Origin: Macrostomum hystrix
Lineage: Eukaryota; Animalia; Platyhelminthes
Reading direction: 5' to 3'
Assembly: GCA_950097015.1 (NCBI GenBank)
Contig: CATNEN010000001.1
Span: 21,142,001 to 21,206,000 of the forward strand
DNA length: 64,000 nt
The position numbers and the translations under genes are program-made. Below the pieces are notes generated by a model. It did not search any database, was not told the DNA's origin, and saw only the letters and a program-made list of their open reading frames with translations. This document shows, in pieces, positions 55,795 through 64,000 of this stretch. Position 1 is the stretch's first letter; the number at the start of each line of letters is the position of its first letter.

Positions 55795-56565
55795 AAAGAT
55801 TACCAACTGAAAATACCAAAGATTACCAACTGAAAATACCAAAGATTACCAACTGAAAATACCAAAGATTACCAACTGAAAATACCAAATATTACCAACT
55901 GAAAATACCAAAGATTACCAACTGAAAATACCAAAGATTACCAACTGAAAATACCAAAGATTACCAACTGAAAATACCAAAGATTACCAACTCAAAAGAC
56001 CTAGATTATCGACTAAAAATAAAAATACGAGCTACAATATATAAAAATATAAAATTTTTCAAACGAAGATACCAAAGATTTTATATCACGAAATATTCAC
56101 GAAAAAACCTAGACTATCGACCAAAAATACCATAGACTATCGACCAAAAATATACCATAGACTATCGACCAAAAATATACCATAGACTATCGACCAAAAA
56201 TAACCTAGACTATCGACCAAAAATACCATAGACTATCGACCAAAAATACCATAGACTATCGACCAAAAATATACCATAGACTATCGATCAAAAATACCAT
56301 AGACTATCGACCAAAAATACCATAGACTATCGACCAAAAATACCATAGACTATCGACCAAAAATATACCATAGACTATCGATCAAAAATAAACCATAGAC
56401 TATCGACCAAAAATACCATAGACTATCGACCAAAAATACCATAGACTATCGACCATAAATACCATAGACTATCGACCAAAAAAACCTAGACTATCGACCA
56501 AAAATCACCTAGACTTTCGACCAAAAATACCATAGACTATCGACCAAAAATACCATAGACTATCT
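55795..56565. repeat. Two ~23-bp arrays: (aaagattaccaactgaaaatacc)n at 55795-55995 and (ccatagactatcgaccaaaaata)n at 56107-56565
   Basis: Direct reading. Confidence 0.9.
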
Positions 56566-57494
56566 TCTAAATTATAGAAATCTGTAAAATATCGAAGATT
56601 TCTACCCTAAAGGACATGATTTTCTACCTAAAAGACCTAGTATTTTTTATTTAAAAGGCCACAGATTTCTAACCTCGAACACAGAAATGCTTTGTACCCA
56701 AAACGCGAAGCCTCAAAGACATTTTTTCTAGCTCAGTTCTTCCTCAAGCCCAAGAGCTCTCAACTCCGAGAAGATTCTTGCCACTTTGCTCCGCATGATT
56801 TCAGCCGAAGGATTTCACACTTACCAACATAAAGGATAATTATCCCTGGCCTATCCCCCGTCTCTAATCTTCCTTCGGGCTGGCCTCATTTCTGGCGTCT
56901 TCTTCTGCAGCCGGCAAATCCGCCGCCTCGAGCAGGTGTTACCGGAGGAAGACATTATTGAGGCATTTTTCCTCAACCAAGCTGTCCCATCAGAGAAAAT
57001 GGAAGGCTATACACGGCGCCCGAAGCGTGGCCTGTTTACATATAGATTAGTGTTTCCCAGCCCTATGCACACACACATGCGCCACAGTGGGTGTGCACAG
57101 TCCTATCTGAACAGATACATTGTGTCTCCACTCGCACTAGTCTTGCCTATAATGCGGTAAGCAGCTGCTGCAGCTGGCCGGTCACATTGATATTTCTTAG
57201 AAACCGTATTTCAGCCTAGCCCCCAAAGCCCTCAAAGCCGAGGACCCCCAGGACAGTGGCGTGGCGCGTGGCAAAACTGCAGAATAATTTATTTGGATGC
57301 CCGATAGATATATATTTTATATAAAGATGCCTTTTTATGTTAGTTAACAATGAAAGCTTTGCAAGCTTTGTCAGTGGGACATGCTGCCGGATGTGTGTGT
57401 CTGGGTGCTTGTGGGGGGTTTGTATGCAATCTGACTATATGTCTGGCACTAAATACCTCATTTCTTACTGTGATCCCCAGAACACATTCTCTAG

Positions 57495-57912
57495 CAGGGC
57501 TTCGCAAACTCCGGCCCGCGGACCAGATGCGACCCTCGAAGCTCCCAAATCCAGCCCGTTGCCCCATCCTATACAGTATCCTGTTCATCTCTCCCGTGTC
57601 TCATCTCTCCCGTGTCTCATCTCTCCCGTGTCTCATCTCTCCCGTGTCTCATCTCTCCCGTGTCTCATCTCTCCCCTGTCTCATCTCTCCCGTGTCTCAT
57701 CTCTCCCGTGTCTCATCTCTCCCGTGTCTCATCTCTCCCGTGTCTCATCTCTCCCGTGTCTCATCTCTCCCGTGTCTCATCTCTCCCGTGTCTCATCTCT
57801 CCCGTGTCTCATCTCTCGCATGTCTCATCTCTCCCGTGTCTCATCTCTCGCGTGTCTCATCTCTCCCGTGTCTCATCTCTCCCCTATCTCACATTTCTAC
57901 AGTCAATGCGGC
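57495..57912 (+). mobile_element. hAT-like MITE remnant containing the same 16-bp satellite at ~57585-57890
   Basis: CAGGGCTTCGCAAACTCCGGCCCGCGGACCAGATGCG is a typical hAT/Charlie-type terminus. Confidence 0.55.
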
Positions 57913-58522
57913 TTTGTCCCGCTAGCTAATAAGTCCAGCGCATTGGCATGGGCGATTGGGTCCAGGATTTGGAACTAAATTGGCTGGTATTCAGGCACAA
58001 TGTTGAGGCGCAAAATAGGAGACGCATTTTGCATGGAAAACTAACTTTAGACTAGCACAATCAGTCACTGCTTGTGAGATACGCGTGCAATGGAGAACGG
58101 AACCCTGGATGGCGGGAGAGTTGCCGGCCGTATATTTCTATCAATTTTTTGAAATTTATTCTGTTCTTTCGTCGCTTCTCGGAGCACGGAGCTCCCTCCT
58201 CCCCCCTATCCAGACTCACTTCCCCTCCAACCTGCATCTCCCAGATCCCTTCCAGACGTTAACTTCCTCTTTTCTTTCTAAGCCACTTCCTTCTCTCTCT
58301 CTGTGCTTTGCCCTAAAAGAAATTATTTTTCTTGTAGCTTACACCGCCGTCGTCACCAGAACAGAGAGCAGCCCGCATCCTACCAGACCCCCCCGACCCA
58401 CCCTGCTCATTGTCGAGCTGGTCGAGATTGCTCAATGAGCTAAGCTGATTGAGCAAATTTATTACCTCTGCTGGGTATGCAAATTAACAAAATGACCGCA
58501 GCGGAGTCAAGGTAGCACAGGG

Positions 58523-59369
<847 letters not shown>

Positions 59370-60177
59370 GTGTGTATAGTCAGCAGGTCATTGTTCTCAG
59401 CAGCTTCCTTCTCGGTGAAATGTGGCCCCAGCCAAGTCAGAGCTATATTAGCAGCTGAAGCATGAGCAATGGGTCGCAATTAATTATTGAAACAGGTAGG
59501 CAGTTCTGCAGCTCTGCAGACGCACGCACTGTACAATACCTGCCTGCCTACCTTTAAGCTTTTATTATCCGGTCTGCTGATGACAACGTGTGCCCATTAG
59601 AAGCCCAAGGCCTCAGGAGTTAAACAAATCTAAATTAGGCTTGCAAGAATGTGCCATGCGACATTCTCGTAAGATTTGATGGCACGGCTTTGTGACCGCT
59701 TTGTGATTGCGCATGGGAAAAAACCGAGACTTGGAATGGGGATTCCAAGCACTGAAGCGCCTGATTGTTTTGTCTGAGTTTGAGCACAGCATCTCTATAG
59801 CGCCCCAAATTAACTATTTATAAAGTTGAGCAGTCAGCTGCATTGTCAGCTTCATTACCAGCGGAACAACTGATCAACTGAGTTTGAATTGATAAAGCAG
59901 CAAAAGCAGGACCTATATACAATTTATAGAGGCCATAAAATGCCAAGGCAGAGGTGATGCAATCAGATAACGGGAAGTCATTGATGTCTTTGCAGGCTTC
60001 AACAATGATACAGTTTGTTGTTTGATTTTGTTTAACTTTATCGAGCCTTGTTTTATAGACAACCAAGCAGGTGCATGTAAATATAATTGGTGTGTCAAAA
60101 TTATTGTCAAATTGACTAAAAAACGTTTTCCCTACATACTACTGCGATGAAAGTAGCACTGTGTACTAAAGCAGGCT

Positions 60178-60920
60178 CCTCTCCCTGTCACTCCTTTCCC
60201 TGTCACTCCTCTCCCTGTCACTACTCTCCCTGTCACTCCTCTCCCTGTCACTCCTCTCCCTGTCACTCCTTTCCCTGTCACTCCTCTCCCTGTCACTCCT
60301 CTCCCTGTCACTCCTCTCCCTGTCACTCCTCTCCCTGTCACTCCTCTCCCTGTCACTCCTCTCCCTGTCACTCCTCTCCATGTCACTCCTCTCCCTGTCA
60401 CTCCTCTCCATGTCACTCCTCTCCTGTCACTCCTCTCCCTGTCACTCCTCTCCCTGTCACTCCTCTCCCTGTCACTCCTCTCCCTGTCACTCCTCTCCCT
60501 GTCACTCCTCTCCCTGTCACTCCTCTCCATGTCACTCCTCTCCCTGTCACTCCTCTCCATGTCACTCCTCTCCTGTCACTCCTCTCCCTGTCACTCCTCT
60601 CCCTGTCACTCCTCTCCCTGTCACTCCTCTCCCTGTCACTCCTCTCCCTGTCACTCCTCTCCCTGTCACTCCTCTCCCTGTCACTCCTCTCCCTGTCACT
60701 CCTCTCCCTGTCACTCCTCTCTCTGTCACTCCTCTCCCTGTCACTCCTCTCCCTGTCACTCCTCTCTCTGTCACTCCTCTCCTGTCACTCCTCTCCCTGT
60801 CACTCCTCTCCCTGTCACTCCTCTCCCTGTCACTCCTCTCCCTGTCACTCCTCTCCCTGTCACTCCTCTCCCTGTCACTCCTCTCCATGTCACTCCTCTC
60901 CATGTCACTCCTCTCCCTGT
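60178..60920. repeat. 16-bp minisatellite (ctctccctgtcactc+c)n, related to the 14-bp array at 54.9 kb
   Basis: Direct reading. Confidence 0.95.
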
Positions 60921-61117
60921 TACCCTCTCCCTGTCATTATCTCTCTCTGCCTCTTCCCAGTCACTCTCTCCCTGTCACTCTACCTGCCACTCTACTTGTC
61001 ACTCTGCTTTCACTATGTCTCTTCAACTGTTATCAATAATAATTTAATGGTGCAATAAAATATAGACTGCGATTATTATAACGTTTGAAGCACTAATGCT
61101 CAACTAAGAACAATAGT

Positions 61118-62170
61118 TTACTCAGTGGACTTCAAGGATGCCTGCTGCTGCTGCTGCTGCTGCTGCTTGTTCTGCTTGGCCCCAATCTCGCCTTTGGTCT
61201 CCCTGGCCACATCAGACGCCAGTCCTCTCGAATTTTCCTCTTTGAGCAGTTGCGGTGCGCTTCTTCGCTTCGTGATCGACGCAGCTGCGGCCACCTCGTC
61301 TTCAAGATCCAAGTTGCTCAGCAGTTCACCGAGCAACAGGCAAGCCAGCCAGGAGGTTCGGGCATTGTTAGCCAGAGTGAGGACCAGCTGAGCGCCATCC
61401 CAGGTGAGCAGGCTGGCTACGGCGGCCGAATGAGCCGACAGATGCCGACAGCTGAGCCGCAGGCGCTGCGCCGGCAGGGCAATGCTCACAGCTCGAGTCA
61501 GGAGGTCGATGAGGCAGCCGATGGTGGCGGCAGCCGTGGTTAGAGCTGCAAGCCGTGGCAGGCCGGCAGCCAGTCTGAGCTTGGCTCCGGCTTCAGTACA
61601 GTTGGCCACCCGCTGCCGCATTGCTGCCGAGGCCTCTTCAAACTCGGCTCGGCTGGCGCCCAGACTTTCGCTGCGGCCGCCTCCAGTGAGCTGGATGGCC
61701 AGCGTCAGGCTGAGAGTCAGGCACACTCCAGTGCGAAGGCCAGCTGCTGACAGCCACAGCAGGCTGTGTCTCGCTGACTTCAGCCATGGCAGCAGGTGCT
61801 CGGCCTTCAGTCTGCCTCGCTGACTATGCCGCTTCAAGCATTGCCGCGTGGCAAGGTCGGATTCAAGCGCCTCTGTCAGGCAGTGAAATGCTTCGCTGTG
61901 TTGCACATCTCCCAGCTGGCTGTGCCGCCCGCCGTCCAGAGTCAGGAACTCCGCCGCCCAGCCGTGCGGCCGATAGACCGCGGCCAGGAGCCGCTCAGCG
62001 AAGCCAAACGCCAAGCAAGCGAATGTCAGCTGAAGCAGCGCAATCGGCAGCTGAGTCAGGAGGTCCAGTTGACGATGCGTCAGGCTGCAGCGATCCTGCA
62101 GGCCGCTGAGCGTGAGCAGACTCAGCATGCTCAGAAAGAGCAGAACAACTGCCAGGACAAGAAACAGCAT
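61118..62170 (-). CDS. Four-TM membrane protein, probable highly divergent innexin-like
   Basis: Four hydrophobic segments. LTQLP resembles YYQWVP, QRVANC resembles FPRVTxC, and LLTWDGAQLVLTLANNA..LLGELL resembles the innexin tail LxxDGxFxLxLxxxNA. Confidence 0.55.
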   Translation of the reverse strand: MLFLVLAVVLLFLSMLSLLTLSGLQDRCSLTHRQLDLLTQLPIALLQLTFACLAFGFAERLLAAVYRPHGWAAEFLTLDGGRHSQLGDVQHSEAFHCLTEALESDLATRQCLKRHSQRGRLKAEHLLPWLKSARHSLLWLSAAGLRTGVCLTLSLTLAIQLTGGGRSESLGASRAEFEEASAAMRQRVANCTEAGAKLRLAAGLPRLAALTTAAATIGCLIDLLTRAVSIALPAQRLRLSCRHLSAHSAAVASLLTWDGAQLVLTLANNARTSWLACLLLGELLSNLDLEDEVAAAASITKRRSAPQLLKEENSRGLASDVARETKGEIGAKQNKQQQQQQQQASLKSTE

Positions 62171-63252
62171 CGTTGAATTCTGAAGGGAACGCGTTGGAAA
62201 GCTGCGAGAGAAAAAACTGCAGCCTGAAATATGGCGGGCGCGAGCGACGCAGTCCAAAGTCCAGCGATTTCTTCGCCATCAAGTTTTTCTGTTCATCTCC
62301 AATGCAAGCTGCGCATCGGGCCTGGCTCTGCAGTGACAGCGGCTGCATGGCTGCGCGCATCGGTGAAATGCAACAATTCTCTCCTGAATTGCTTCCAATG
62401 ATGAAAGAATATTCACAGACATCATGCAGAATATGAATTGTAGCAGGCTAAATGCTTCGTTTGCAAAATAGAACCATAAAAATGTTTAACTGTGCTATGA
62501 TGTCTTTGGAGTATATACAGTCCTGAATGCCGTCGATTTTCTTGGAATTTGCTTTTCCAGGAATTTTGTTATTTTTAATATATATATATATTTTTATTTA
62601 TTTATTTAGAATTTCACTTTTCTAGAACTTTCCGTTTTTTAACATTCCCTGATCAGTATTTGAGTTTCCCAGAGTTTCCCGTTACTGCAAGATCCATTCC
62701 TTTATATTTCTATTCCATTAATAAAGCTCACACTGCAGGGGCACGGCAAATTTTTGCTAAATTGCTCAAGTCAGCAACACGAGATTTTATTCCAGACAGC
62801 AACGGCGCGCCAGCACAGAGAAGTGCATTCTTATATCAGACAGCGTCACGAAACATAGCTAAAAATCGATTAATCTCGTCTCCAGTGTACGCAGACAGGC
62901 TTGATATACTTAAGACTTTGAACTGCTTGTTTACTCCGTGTTTCACTCGGAAAAGCCCTTAACCCCCTTTTCCTAACCCCGACAAAACTGTAGGTCGCAG
63001 TGTGGGGAGGGCTGCAGTGTACGCTAAAGAAATGTGCGCCCATTTTATCGCCAGCCAATCAGCGTCGAGAAAGGAAAGTGGGTGAGAGAAATTCTTCTAA
63101 CCCCATGGCCCCAAACCCTACAACCTCAACTCCTAGCTAGCAGTTTGTTAGTGAGCCGATCAATAAATCTTACGCCTCAACTAGGCGTGCAGACGTGAAA
63201 TTGATTTGTCCCCAGAACAATAATTCTGTAGAAAGGTCCACAGCACCGGCAA

Positions 63253-63990
63253 ATGTCTCGCCTGCGTCTTTACACTTCCGCTGGCCAGCGTCTATCGGTC
63301 AATAGTCGCGCCACCCTGCCGTTGGGCCTGGAAGTTCTGGGACACGACAGCGGCTCCCTGATTGGCTCCAGCGCCTCCTCTAGCTTGGCCATGGATCTAA
63401 ACGGCTACGACCAGGCCATTCAGGACCTGACTGAGTCATTGAACGAAGTGAAAATAACAGCGGCCCTGGCTCTGCAGGAGTCCCAGCTGGTTCGAGAGCA
63501 GATGCAGCAGGGCATTTTGTCTGTACTGTCCGAGCTCACTACAATGTGGTGCCAGGACTTTTGCCCGCCGCAGCAGCAGCTGCAGCAACAGCAGCAGCAG
63601 CAGCAGCAGCAGCACCAGTCACAGTCTGGCCTACTGATGCAAGCGCTTCAGGCGCCCGACTTCAGCGACTCGCCAACCGAATCTCTCACCGCCGGCATGC
63701 AATCCCCGGTTGGCGGCGGCAGCGGCGGCAGCAGCGTGGAAGATCAGCGCACAAACTTTCGCTACAAGACTCAGCTGTGCAAGAATTTCATGTCGGGAGG
63801 TCTGGGCCGCTGCCTGAAAGGCGACGCCTGCCAGTACGCCCACGGCCATCGCGAGCTGCGCCGCATCTGCGAGCACCCGCGGTACAAGACCAAGATGTGC
63901 TCACTGCAGAGCAGCCTAGGAGTCTGCCCGCATGGCGCCAGCTGCTTCTTCGCCCACCACCCCACCGAGCTGCGCGCCAAGGAGTTCTGA
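63253..63990 (+). CDS. TIS11/ZFP36-type tandem CCCH zinc-finger RNA-binding protein (alternative start 63391)
   Basis: Two RYKT-led CCCH fingers separated by an 18-aa linker, followed directly by the stop codon. Confidence 0.88.
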   Translation: MSRLRLYTSAGQRLSVNSRATLPLGLEVLGHDSGSLIGSSASSSLAMDLNGYDQAIQDLTESLNEVKITAALALQESQLVREQMQQGILSVLSELTTMWCQDFCPPQQQLQQQQQQQQQQHQSQSGLLMQALQAPDFSDSPTESLTAGMQSPVGGGSGGSSVEDQRTNFRYKTQLCKNFMSGGLGRCLKGDACQYAHGHRELRRICEHPRYKTKMCSLQSSLGVCPHGASCFFAHHPTELRAKEF

Positions 63991-64000
63991 ATCCGAGCCG

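Overview
Eukaryotic (metazoan) genomic DNA. The GC/CAG-rich exons, ~60-65 bp minimal introns and very high minisatellite load resemble a free-living flatworm such as Macrostomum, but that assignment is inference. Genes, with splice phases checked by hand: the 3' part of PWP2 (+); an intronless ADF/cofilin (+); a LIV-1-type ZIP transporter with an altered metal site (-); a 9-exon RDL-like GABA-gated chloride channel spanning 7398-41655 (+); an Iroquois homeobox gene (+); a divergent innexin-like gene (-); and a TIS11/ZFP36-type tandem CCCH gene (+). The channel gene hosts two antisense nested genes. One is a 255-aa orphan with a stop-free 3n minisatellite intron. The other is a ~3054-aa single-pass membrane protein with three ~700-aa super-repeats, a furin-type site, a juxtamembrane SEA domain and a PDZ-binding tail. 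About a third of the window (~21 kb by my estimate) is tandem repeat, and many arrays start within ~25 nt of a 5' splice site. Dispersed repeats include a tRNA-derived SINE family and a hAT-like MITE carrying a 16-bp satellite. Most long low-complexity ORFs in the supplied track are translated satellites.
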